From contig NIVC01001331.1 in assembly GCA_002269645.1 (NCBI GenBank), forward strand, positions 186,001 through 250,000: a stretch of DNA of 64,000 nucleotides, written 5' to 3'. The notes beneath the pieces were generated by a model that searched no databases, had not been told where the DNA came from, and saw only the letters and a program-made list of their open reading frames with translations. The translations under genes were made by a program, and so were the position numbers. Shown piece by piece: positions 14,201-25,500 of the stretch (within the stretch, counting starts at the first letter, position 1; every line of letters begins with the position of its first letter). The DNA comes from Macrostomum lignano. Taxonomy: Eukaryota.

Positions 14201-17200
14201 TTTATTGCATTCTTTGTTGGCTTGCCACGGTGGGGGGGGGCGCTGATAGAAGAAGAGTCATGTAAAAATAAAAGGAGCACTATGTATACATAAAATAAAA
14301 GTCATGTCAAAGTTAAAAGATTCATTTGGGAATTGCTACGATGTCAAAGCTTGGAGGGAATCGTTATAGTGCTGTGATTCTTAAAGAAGGAATCACTTAA
14401 ATGCCAAGGCTTAGGGAAGAAGAATTGCTGTGATTTCAAGGCTTTAGGTTGGGTAAAAGTTAGGTTTACGTCAGGTTTGGGTTGAGGGTTAGATTTTAGC
14501 GCGTTTCAAGGTTAACAGGGGATTTTTTAGATTTCAAGGTTTATGGGGGGCATCGCTGACATGTCAAGGCTTACGAGGGGAATCTATCTATCTATCTATC
14601 TATAGCTGAGATGTCAAGGCTCACGGGGGAATAAATGAGATGTCAAGGCTAATGTCAGAAGCTACATGTAGTTTATTGGAAAAAGTTATTACATTATTTG
14701 TTGGCTCCTCACGGGAGGGATCGCTGATAGAAAAAGCGTAATGTAAAAAAAAGAAGCTTCATGTCGAAGTCAAGAGATTAATTTGGGAATCCCTACGATG
14801 TCGAGGCTTGCAGGGAATCGCTTTAATGCTGTAGTAGTGCTATAGACTCTTAGAGAGAATTACTGAAATTTCAATGCTTTAGGGTTAGGGTTAGGGTTAG
14901 GGTTAGGGTTAGGGTTAGGGTTAGGGTTAGAAAGTAGACAGATTTTTTAAGATTTCAAGGCTTATGGGAGCATCGCTGAGATGTCAAGGGGGGAGTTGAT
15001 ATGTTAAGGCTTGTGGGGGGGGGTTGCTGACATGTCAAGGCTTACACGGGTACTGGTAGCGTACTGAAGCATACTGGTAGAAGTAGCTCTGAAAGAAGGC
15101 AAGTATGGTTGAATTTCAATGTCTGTTATAAAATTCTGCACAAACATGTTTTATTGGTACATAAGCCTGGAATTAAAATGAGAATTCGATTCCTAGCCCC
15201 CCTCCCTAAGAATTTTTTTTCATTTTAAAGGATTCGTCCCTTGCTTATTGGCCACCCCGAAGGGGGGCGCTAGATTGCTAGTTTAGCTCTAATTACGGGG
15301 TGGTTTGTGGTGGTGGGTGCCTCCATTTAGCTCTAATTACGGGGTGGTTTGTGGTGGTGGGTGCCTCCATTTAGCTCTAATTACGGAGTGGTTTGTGGTG
15401 GTTAGTGGGTGCCTCCATTTAGCTCTAATTACGGGGTGGTTTGGGGTGGTGGGTGTCTCCATTTAGCTCTAATTACGGGGTGGTTTGTGGTGGTGGGTGC
15501 CTCCATTTAGCTCTAATTACGGGGTGGTTTGTGGTGGTGGGTGCCTCCATTTAGCTCTAATTACGGGGTGGTTTGGGGTGGTGGGTGTCTCCATTTAGCT
15601 CTAATTACGGGGTGGTTTGGGGTGGTCGGTGTCTCCATTTAGCTCTAATTACGGGGTGGTTTGTGGTGGTGGGTGTCTCCATTTAGCTCTAATTACGGGG
15701 TGGTTTGTGGTGGTGGGTGCCTCCATTTAGCTCTAATTACGGGGTGGTTTGGGGTGGTGGGTGTCTCCATTTAGCTCTAATTACGGGGTGGTTTGGGGTG
15801 GTCGGTGTCTCCATTTAGCTCTAATTACGGGGTGGTTTGTGGTGGTGGGTGCCTCCATTTAGCTCTAATTACGGGGTGGTTTGGGGTGGAGGCCGTGTCT
15901 CCATTTAATGAATAATTGAGGTGGTTGGCGCCTTGGCAGCAGGGTGTTGTGTGTTTGCTAAATTTAGTTATACTCTTTCAGTTCTAATCCCTACGCGATC
16001 AGCGATTTGCAGCCAATCAGTGATAATCAACCTCTAGCACCTGTAGATTGCGTGCTGTGGCCTGTTTTCTATCTTTGTGCAGCAGGTCGGCCAGGAAGCT
16101 CTCCATCGCATTCTGGCACACGGCGCCGCAGACCACCAGGTGTGGCCGACCAGTCTCCTTCCTGTAGCTGCCAGCGTACGGACTTCTGCTAGTGAGCATC
16201 TGCGCCATCTCTGGGATATGCGAGGCGAAGACGCTCAGCGCGAACAGGATGTACAGGCAGGCAAACACGCGGCCTGAATCGGTTCTGGGCGAGATGTCAC
16301 CATAACCGACCGTGCTCATTGTCACTATTGTGAAGTACAGACTGTCTCCGAAGCCGATGTTCTGCGATAGCGTTACATTTATTGTGTGCAAATAGGGAAT
16401 AAGTCATGCAATAAATTTTGTTTTTCTTAACCAAAGTCTCGCATCAAAATGTACAATATTTCTTTCCATTCTCTTCCTACCCGAAGCCCATCCTCATGCC
16501 CGATTTTTCGTTCCCAGAGTCCACACTGTACACTGCCTCTCTCCGTTCTTTTCCTACCCCGAAGCACCACCTCACGCCCGATTTTTCGTTCCCAGATTCC
16601 ACACTATACACTGCCTCTCTCCGTTCTTTTCCTACCCCGAAGCACCACCTCACGCCCGATTTTTCGTCCCCAGATTTCACACTGTACACTGCCTCTCTCC
16701 GTTCTTTTCCTACCCCGAAGCACCACCTCACGCCCGATTTTTCGTCCCCAGATTTCACACTGTACACTGCCTCTCTCCGTTCTTTTCCTACCCCGAAGCA
16801 CCACCTCACGCCCGATTTTTCGTTCCCAGATTTCACACTGTACACTGCCTCTCTCCGTTCTTTTCCTACCCCGAAGCACCACCTCACGCCCGATTTTTCG
16901 TTCCCAGATTTCACACTGTACACTGCCTCTCTCCGTTCTTTTCCTACCCCGAAGCACCACCTCACGCCCGATTTTTCGTCCCCAGATTTCACACTGTACA
17001 CTGCCTCTCTCCGTTCTTTTCCTACCCCGAAGCACCACCTCACGCCCGATTTTTCGTTCCCAGAGTCCACACTGTACACTGCCTCTCTCCGTTCTTTTCC
17101 TACCCCGAAGCACCACCTCACCCCTAAAATCTCGTCCCTCCTCACGGATCACACTGTACACTGCTTTTCCTCATTTCATTACTAACCTAAAGTCCCAACT

Positions 17201-20200
17201 CACTTCCTATATAGCTCGTACTTGTACTATCTCTTCAAAACTGTAGGTTCACTGCATATCTTTATTTTTTCCGACTCGTATCTGTAAAGATGTGTACAGT
17301 TCCACTTCGAGACTTAATTTCTTTTATTCACACCTCAAATTTTACATTTTTTTTCGTGAATATTACCAAGTGTATCACACCTTTTCCAATAATTCAGCAG
17401 TCCAATAGTCTAAATTATCTAACCCTAGTATACAAATTATACATGTTAATCAGCAGTTAAAGTACACAAGAAACAAGCAATAACTAGTAGGACAATCTAA
17501 ACGCCCTTCTAGAAGAACTTAGCCAAGAGTTCAAGTCCTAGTTTTTATTTATAAATTCCGGTGTGCAACAGTAATTCCTCCTTGCTAGAACAAATAATGC
17601 CTTATACAGTGATTGCCAAAAGTCCAGGTTCTTTATAGTTTGCTCATGTCTTTTTATATACTGTGGTATACTGCCCCAGTTTAAAAGCCTGAAACTGTGT
17701 TGGTTTCCATAGTTACCGTTTAAGCACTTTTTTATGTCTTGACAATCCCCCAGGCTCAGTCAGGGGAAGGGTTGAGCAGCAGGTCTCACAACAGCAGCAG
17801 CCGCTGTGTCAACTCTGCTGTTTGTTCGCCCGTCTCTGCCAGTTTGCTGGAGAATGAACCGGACGAGCCTTTATTTTTGTTAAGCTCTGCGTCTCATAAC
17901 GCAGGTTATTAGTTTCAACCCTGCAAAGAGGTGTGCAAACATTAGGCTTGGCAGCTCTGCGTTGCCGAAGACCGATGGCTTATTTAATCAATTATTCAAC
18001 TGTTGAAAACTGCTTTTACTTACTGTATGGAGCTAAAATGTTTTGTATAAAAAAATAAATATCTTTACTATAATTGGGTACAAATTTCTTGAAATTTTTT
18101 TCAATCGAGATATATGTGATTTCGATTGAGCCAGTGCTAGTGAATAGCGATTATTGATTTTATTTATCTAAAATAGCATAGATTAGATGATTGAATGACA
18201 AGTAGATATCTCACAAGGCACTATAAATTTGAGACGTAGCTAAGGTAACTCACAGTTTGGTGAGCAAGTAGCGCCTTCTCAATGATTTATGTAAACAGTA
18301 GGAAGAAAATACGAGCTGCCTTTCTTAGAAAATCTTTTGAAGGCTGAATTTACCCTTAAAAATGCACTATCGAGAAAGTAAATCACACTACGAGCTATTG
18401 AGGGTTCCGTTGAGTGTCAACGGAGTGATTGACACACAAACATCATATTGTACCAAAACATTTTCCAGTTTGTTGGCTTTACCTACGTAAAATTTCGGCT
18501 TCTCAGCTGCATTCTGTTCTTAACAGCTGCAATTTGAATTTCAGCACTTTGTTGGCAAATGGCCACCCAGGAATCTTTCACGAAGCACAACCTTGAAGTT
18601 CTAGTTTTTGTAGGGCGAAAAGCCCATATACTCGTACATGTTTTTGGGCCCTTGTCTCTGTCAGAACCGACGGTGCGAAAGTGGTTCAGGCTGTTCAGCG
18701 AAGGACGCACCTCTGTTGAAGACGACGACCGCTCTGGGAGGCCGCAAACCGCGACTGATGAGTCGACAATGGCACGCGTTCAGCACCTGCTGGCAGAAGA
18801 TCGCCAACAAACGTGTGAAGACCTGGAAGTGCCAGTCGGAACAATTCTCAATGGAGCCTACTGTTCCTGACTGCTGCAAGAGAAATTGCGACCAGCCGTC
18901 CGCAAGAAGCGGCCAAATCTGCTGGAGAAGGTAGTCAGAGTCTCCGCGACAGGCTCTCGACCGTTGTGACTGGGACTAACTTCTATTCAGAACATCCATA
19001 TAAACCATCACATTGACGACAAAGCAATTCGACGATTGAGTAGAAGAATGCGACATGCAGTCGTATTTCCCAGAAATGTGTTTGGTTTGCAGGCCAGTTG
19101 TCGCATTTCTTGGAAAGAAGTGCTGTAGTTGATATTTGAGTGTTTTGTAAATAGTAAATCCTGCTATACTTAGTACCTCGACTTGGCATCAACTGTGGCG
19201 ATTAATACGCCTAGTAAGTTTCAGCAGAAATTTGCCTATTTCACTTTGCTGTAGCATTTTGTGTACTTATGTACGCATGTACCGTCACTCTATCCAGCCA
19301 CGTGCTGGGGGCTATACTTCATTTAAAAGCAACTCTGCTCCACTTTTAAACAAAAGTTCTCACAAAATCTTTGTCGAAATGCCTGTGCACATCGCCGAAA
19401 TTCTCCAGCACGTGAAACACGCCAGCCCCGATGAGCCAGACGCCAACAAAGATGGTGAACAGCTGCAGCAGGCGGATGCTGTAGCCGCTACGGGCCAAGC
19501 CGAGGTGCAGCAGCAGGTCCGGCAGGACCAGCAGCCGGAGGCCGCGCATGAACCGCAGGCCCAGCCAGTAGTGGCCGATACAGGCGCCCAGTAGAGTGGA
19601 CGGCACTGTGCAGTAGTCAATGATGGACTGGAACTCCAGCCAGAAGGCCAATTTGTCCTGAGCGGCCAGGCAGCGCAGCATAAAGTGCACGCCAAAGAAG
19701 CAGTTGAGGCCGAGGTCGACGCTAATCAGCGGCCACCGGGTCAGGCTGGTGCAGTACTCAACCAGACCGTCAAGGGCTGCCGCCACCGTGGCATAGATAG
19801 CGAACGACGCCATGCTGAGGAAGAAGGCGACCAGCATGAGGCCGAGCCCGAAGCGAGTCTGGGCGCACAGCAGTCCGGCCGCCCAGTCGCGCACAGCCGA
19901 GGAGCAGGTGCGCCGCTGCTGCTGCTTCTTTCGCTTCTTTTTCGCTTTTTTCGACTCAATTTTTGAGGCCAGTGACAATTCTGCGTCGGCCTGAGCGACC
20001 ACGGCGCTTCTCAACGGTCCGACGTGGGCGAAGGCCGCGGACAGGGCGGAGCCAACTAGCCGCGACATCAGGATGATCAGCGGCCCGATGGCCAGGCTGG
20101 CCAGCACGGAGATCAGGTGCAAATACCAGAGCTGCTCGTGGCATCTTTCCAATACCGGTAGGCCATCCGGTTCGGGAGTAGCAGCGCTGGAGTTTCCAGG

Positions 20201-20230
20201 TTTTGTCGGCGCGACTGTAGAGGCTGTCAT
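5277..20230 (-). CDS. slo: Slo1/BK-type calcium-activated potassium channel alpha subunit, about 1075 aa, 7 exons
   Basis: Exons 20230-19364, 16361-16041, 9792-9680 (not in ORF track; VVCIGQFIPDLEFQGLLKRHFRKLTFFEGTIMSPNDC), 8619-8083, 7742-7468, 6900-6350, 5840-5277; phases 0,0,2,2,1,0 all consistent. S0, S4 WLGLRFMRGLR, pore TVGYGD, RCK1 HLVVCG/LANKY/NIMRAIAIKN, FDSTGAWHWC, Ca bowl FLDQEDDDSP, QPFVCG. Confidence 0.95.
5862..6290. repeat. Minisatellite, about 30-32 bp unit (GTGTCCAGGTGTGGGATTCTGTTGCGAGTGTGG), BK intron 6
   Basis: Tandem copies fill most of intron 5841-6349. Confidence 0.95.
6985..7440. repeat. Minisatellite, 38 bp unit (CACTTGACACTGAGAGACACCGCAATCAAGGTAGATGC), BK intron 5
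   Basis: Period 38 (6991, 7029, ...). Confidence 0.95.
7910..8075. repeat. Minisatellite, 22 bp unit (TAGTCACTGATTGCAAAGCCAA), BK intron 4
   Basis: Tandem copies begin a few nt inside the donor at 8082. Confidence 0.9.
8810..9445. repeat. Minisatellite, 20 bp unit (GTTTGTCAGAAGCGACAGCT), BK intron 3
   Basis: Direct tandem copies. Confidence 0.95.
9950..10636. repeat. 44 bp minisatellite (TTTAGCTCTAATTACGGGGTGGTTTGTGGTGGTGGGTGCCTCCA), left half of a split array
   Basis: Last unit ends ...GTCTGCA at 10636; the same unit resumes at 15282. Confidence 0.95.
11169..11230 (+). other. tRNA-derived (SINE-head-like) segment inside Helitron; not a functional tRNA
   Basis: A-box-like TAGCCTAGAG, anticodon-loop-like GACTGCTAAT, B-box GGTTCGAATC, followed by a T run; no acceptor stem evident. 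Confidence 0.6.
11290..12385. repeat. 48 bp minisatellite (two related ~24-bp halves, CCAAGGATTACTGCACTCGATAAG / CCAAGGATTATTGCTATTAATAAA) inside Helitron
   Basis: Direct tandem copies; 16-aa periodicity in spurious ORFs. Confidence 0.95.
12420..12645. repeat. GATGCTTGCTATCT-based short tandem repeat inside Helitron
   Basis: Same motif is expanded at 60950-61615. Confidence 0.9.
12684..12745 (+). other. Second tRNA-derived segment inside Helitron
   Basis: GAGAGCTAGCCTAGAGG...ACTGCTAAATGCAG...GGTTCGAAT then T run; paralogous to 11169-11230. Confidence 0.55.
12805..13925. repeat. About 23 bp minisatellite (GCGTCATGTAAACAATCATAGAA) inside Helitron
   Basis: Direct tandem copies. Confidence 0.95.
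14879..14930 (+). repeat. Interstitial telomeric repeat (TTAGGG)8 + TTAG inside Helitron
   Basis: Perfect hexamers read directly. Confidence 0.95.
15282..15905. repeat. 44 bp minisatellite, right half of the split array
   Basis: Resumes in register (TTTAGCTC...) immediately after the Helitron CTAG. Confidence 0.95.
16480..17130. repeat. 78 bp minisatellite, BK intron 1
   Basis: 26-codon periodicity (TLYTASLRSFPTPKHHLTPDFSFPDF) seen in several frames. Confidence 0.95.
18560..19100 (+). mobile_element. Degenerate, internally deleted mariner transposase fragment in BK intron 1
   Basis: LSEPTVRKWFRLFSEGRTSVEDDDRSGRP (mariner HTH and linker); another frame gives LQEKLRPAVRKKRPNLL; frameshifts and stops; TIRs not identified. 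Confidence 0.75.
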
Positions 20231-21759
20231 GGCTTGCTGCCTATAGCCGCTGCTGATTTCTGTTTGGCGATGGTTGGTTTCGTTTGAGAACCCAGCTTTG
20301 AGTATCTAGCTAATAGCTATGAATCGGTGCCGAGAGGAGCGAGAGGGAGAGCTGAAGGCGGGCTATGCACAATTGGTCGATTCAATTCTGCACTTCTGGC
20401 CGTCGGCGTATCACTTCCCTCTGGCCAATAGCAGTCAGAGCTCTCTGTGTGCAGAGCTAGGGGCCTGTCGCGGCGAGTGTGCGACTCTGGTCAATCGTCC
20501 CAGTCCTGCCAGAGTAAGCGACAATATTGATGGGTCGGCAAACTCCCCGCAGCTGCTCCTCTGCTCCCTCTGCTCCTCTCCCCCGCGCTCGCTTTGTTTT
20601 TTCCTCTCATAATTCCACTGTCAAGCTGCAGTCCGACTGTGAAGAGCTGGAGTGCGGACCTCTGGGCTAGCAAAATTGGATCGATACCCACACGGTTGCT
20701 AGGTGCAATTAAGCTGCCGTCGACTTGCTCAGACTGTATGTGCATTGTGAGCGAGAGAGATGCATCCAGAGACCGGAAACTGCCTGACCAATGGTAACTA
20801 ACGATCGATCTCAAATAATTACAGACTGCAGGGCCAATGGTTTTCGGCACTATATTTAATTAATAAGCAAATTAAACAAACAATTCCTACCTTGATTTGC
20901 CGAGTCGATAAAGTTGTTGCCAATCATAATTTTCAGATTAAAGCGCTAGGCATACTTTACTTTTGACTCTAGATTGTTTTGATTCTAGAAGTGACTCATG
21001 CAGTGTACCATGTTCTTCTCAGATTGATTCTGTATGCTTAAGCTGGGCAATAATTAAGTTCGAGGTCGTGTTCATTTTGTTCTTGTGAGCCAAGATCTGT
21101 ACTAAATGCATATATAGTCGTACGAGTAGTACATGTTAATGTACATAATATGCATTACGTACTAGGTGCGCTTTGCATATACAATTACTACTGTACTGCT
21201 GTACTGTTCATGTACATATGCACAACCGCTTCAAATGAATCAAAATATAGATTCCAAGATCATTATGCAACACAGACCCCGAGGACTGAGCAGACTTTCA
21301 ACGTGTACATATAATTAAGGCGTTAATTTCAACAAACAAAGTTGATGCCAGTTAATGCATATGCGGTAGTGGCCAAGGTACATGCGTACCCATTATTGAT
21401 CTCGATTTGAATTGGCCGTATAACGTTAAATAACATGAAAAAAGAAAATTTACATATACATGTAGATCAAGAAGTGCCAAAGCACAAAAGGAATTGATAT
21501 TCCGCGTGTACAGCGTATCCTGTTTGATCAAATATTTCTTCGGATGAATTTATAAATTCTCGCTTTTTAATTACGTTATTTTTTATCACAAACCATTTCA
21601 GGTAGTGTACATACATGTAATACATGTACTTATCTTATCTTATCTAACCAAAGCTACGTATACTCGATATTGCATGCCATATTCATCTCCGCACAACTAT
21701 ACATACATGTAGGACGTGGAAACCAAGCTGGACCACTGCATGTTGTGTACGTGTTATAC

Positions 21760-22590
21760 AGAAATCAGCGCGTCTGGGGGAAGGACCGCTTAGGCGCCTC
21801 AAACAAGGTGTTCCTAAGGTGGATCCCCCGGAACTCGGGCCACCCTGGCAACGAGTTGGCCGATCGCCTGGCCAAGGCTGGCTCGACCGGTTCTTTTACT
21901 GGTCCACTGCCCGTGGCACCCACCCCCACCGCCGTTGTCACCATGCATTCGGATCAACCAGTGGGTGCATGGCTTCAAAGCACAGGGAGAGGTGGGCTAA
22001 CGCCCCCGACTGCCGGCAATCCCGCGCGGCTGTCCCCTGTCCTTCCTCCGCCCTGCGCAGGGCCCTGCTTGTTGGACTCAATTCCGCAGGGATATCAGGG
22101 CGGTGACTATGGCCCTCTCGGGTCATGGCTGTTTTGCCAGGCGTCGCCACCTCCAGCAGGGAAAAATCCGTAGTGAGGAGTGCCCATTCAGCCTCTCTAG
22201 ATCTGGTGTCGAGAATGCGGAGCACTTCTTCTGTGAATGCCCCGCCTTTACTCAGGACAGGCTCACCTACCTTGGCCCAAACGGCCGGCCGACCTCTCCG
22301 ACGTTTTCAGGCTCGAGAACCTGATCTGCCAGCTCGTCCGCTACCTACAGAGGCTATACCGCGGGTGAGCGACCATCCATGCAACCTCCTGGACTCTCCG
22401 GAAGCAAAGGGGGACCATGCTGCGGACACCAGCACCACCGGATCTCCATGCGCGACACCGCAGCACTAGCTGCCCATGGTCGCCAGGGGTTAGCAAAATG
22501 GGGGGGCAACGCCTACTCCATTGCTGCATCCGCGGATGCACGGAGCTGCCCCCTGCAGCCAAGTCAAGTAAGCAGTCAAGTCATACAACA
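21760..22590 (+). mobile_element. 5'-truncated non-LTR retrotransposon (RNase H-bearing, LOA/I-like) 3' fragment
   Basis: [23 protein letters not shown] (RNase H C-terminus); ALSGHGCF...ECPF...ENAEHFFCECPAF (LINE C-terminal CCHC-type region); short CAAGT repeats at the 3' end. Confidence 0.8.
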
Positions 22591-25500
22591 GTGGTTCTTG
22601 GTTGAAACTGCACCTTTTTGACTTTAAAATCGTAAAAAATAACCGCGGACTTTACTAGTTTTTTAAAACTACCAGGCCAATGCTATATCAGATATAAGGA
22701 TTGCGCAATGTGAGAAGTAACGCTGATACTAATAAGAATATTGCAGTTACAAGTCGCGATGGGTCGGGAAGAAAATTGAAGCTGCTGTTCAAACCAAGAC
22801 GACCTTTCTTCAGTTGTAAGCGTACTTAATTATTTAGTATCGAAAAATGTCATATTTTTCTCACTAAACCCTGGCCTAACCCTCAAACGTTGGCACAGTT
22901 TTGCTCCTAGGATATAAAAACAAAATAAATGATTGGAACCATTCAAACAGGGAGAAATTGGTCTAAAAGCCGAAGCTAGCAAATAAAATTCAATTGAAAA
23001 GTATTTGTATTAATTTTAAAGAACACAATCAACACCATTTTTTATATATTCAAACATTCTTTCATAAATTACTGGGCCGGTTAAAGTCAAAACTGGGGAG
23101 TCAGAAAATGTAGAAAAAAATTTGTTGTTTCAATTGGTAATTTTTTATACAATTTTTTATATTTCCGTTAAGTGGTCTCAAAAAACATTTTTAAAGCACA
23201 AAATACACCTCTTAATAAATTTCCTACCGATTTGTTAATCTTCACTTTTACGGAACTGTACGGACGCAGAATCAGAAACTAAATATAGTATTCTAAAGAT
23301 AAATGTTTTATAGAAACCCGTAAAAGTAGTTTTTATCTGAAAAAATTAGGTAAATATTGCAATAGATATTTTTTAAATAAATATTAAGCTGGATTTTGTT
23401 AAACTGCTTACTTTGTTTACGTCGCGCCTGTTTGTGTTCTGAAATACTCTCGTTAATTTAGTTATCAGTTTCATGTTAATAAGTACTTTATTATTGATGT
23501 TTGGCCTGGTTCTTCTTACGGATGTGAAATATCAGCAAAATTTTTTGGATTGAATTAAATATGAGATTTAGATATTGATTACTGAATTCTGTATTTCAAG
23601 CATTGCAAACGTCTAGCATCAATTTTCTGCTTATCTAATTTATGAACAATAATCGATCGAGGATTCTAGATATATGCTTTATTTTATAAGCCACGGCTTA
23701 TGAATAGGCAAATGACTCATGAGACTGAGGTTTAAATAATTTTACTGAATAGAATGACAAATAAAGGTGTCTATCAAGTTTTTTTATAAAATAGCTTTAT
23801 CCACCCACGCTCTTGTTTAACTATATTTTTGTTCTGAGGCATAATTTGTAGTCTAGTTCAGATTGCTATTTATATTTAACTGTCCGTGTCTTAGGACTAT
23901 TTGATTTTTTGCTAGTGACGTAGTAATAAAAAAATAATGTAAATATAAAATTTTGTACAGCTTTACAGCTTAGAATTACTTCGAAACTGATATATGCTTT
24001 TTTACAAAAGCCATTGGGCCTTAGCTAAGTGATAATCTACCTTATGATTACTGATAATGATACTGTTTATTGTAGCCATCACTATGCACTTTTAAGTATA
24101 TATAATTTAAATTGCTAAATAATTAACAAGTAGCAAGTAAAACAAGTAATAACTTTTTTTAAACTTAAACTTTCTAGTTTCATATAATTTGCAATGTAAA
24201 AAGCTATATAAAATGTGACTTGCACTATTCTTTAAAATGTATAATTGCAATATGTTTTAATTTGCATTATTTGTTACATTTATTTCATTTAAAACTCACA
24301 TTATGAGCTTTAAGAACTTAGAACATGTTAAAAGTTAAAAATGCAAAACCTGATATATTTGCTTTTTAAAAAATTAGAATATAGCATTATTTTATTATAT
24401 ATTTTATTGTTTACAAACTGGCTTTAAATGCCTAGCAGGAGTGTTTCCTTTTATACTATTGTATATTTAATATACCAATAAATTCTTAACTTGCTTTAGT
24501 AGAAGTTTTTTAGACTTAAATGTAAGTAAAATATGTTAAATGTTTTTCACTTTAATTTCTGCCATGCCAGGACTTCTTTGGGAGATCTTCTCAGCTGCAT
24601 TTTATGATATGCCTTTCATTCTGAGCTCTAAACTTGAGGCCTTACTTAAACAATGAAACTGGTGGACTTGCTGCATGTTATCTTTACATTTGGTTGAGTG
24701 AGTCTAGTGCTTTCTCCATGAACCAACCTGATCTGTCTGAGCAACCTGTTGCAATGTTGGCAACTCCTGCACCTAGCAGGCCACTTCTGCCCACAACTGG
24801 TTCAGGTGCTGCGCTGCTACTTTTGGATTCTGGCACCCAAGATTCTGGTGGCTATGTGGCCTACATCTTCTCTCAGACGACAAGACACACCTTTTTAGAA
24901 CCTTATGTTTTATAGTGTGTTTTATTGTATGGGCCTAGTGGCTATACCAAAAATCTTGTTTTGCATTTAAGTTAATAAAACTTCTGCTTCAGGAATTTAT
25001 TACTTGTGCCTAAAAATTCTAAAACCTATTTCTGTTGCCTGTTCATCTTTTTCACTAAATCAAGAGGCATTAAGAGCTTCATTTAGAGCTCTGTGAGATT
25101 CACATTTGTATTGAAACTGTTTGGATAGGAGCATAACCATGCCCCCCACCCAGATATCTTTTTTACCCTTCTTGAGGTAGCCATATTGATTTTCTGTTCT
25201 GGTCTGTGCAGACTGCTCTATACATCCATGGCCATAGATTAAAATATTTGAGCTGATGCTGCTTTATTAATAAAACTTTTTATTATCAGATCAATGTGTT
25301 TGGGAAGTCGTGTTTTAAATCGTAGGCTCGTTTACTCGTATATTTGTTGAAATTAAGCAAGAGCTCGTCAATCGTTTCGCGCTTGTTCCTGCAGTCTATC
25401 AATTGTGGGTCTGTAAGCCAAGCATATACCCATAAACTAATACGTGGCTGCTGGCAGCCACACATCACAGGTACATAGCTGGTTGAGCTTAAAAAGCACT

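Larger units (their letters stand above)
10637..15281 (+). mobile_element. Non-autonomous Helitron, 4645 bp, in BK intron 2
   Basis: Begins TC (10637), ends CTAG (15278-15281) after a GC-rich hairpin GCCACCCCGAAGGGGGGC; inserted between A and T of the 44-mer (empty-site TCTGCA|TTTAGC seen at 10411); no TSD; no Rep/helicase ORF. Confidence 0.88.

Noticed and set aside
5735-17246. Long repetitive ORFs (Cys-rich 5795-6712, 8719-9483, 11287-12601, 16418-17246)
   Set aside because: They coincide with intronic minisatellites and are open in several frames on both strands.
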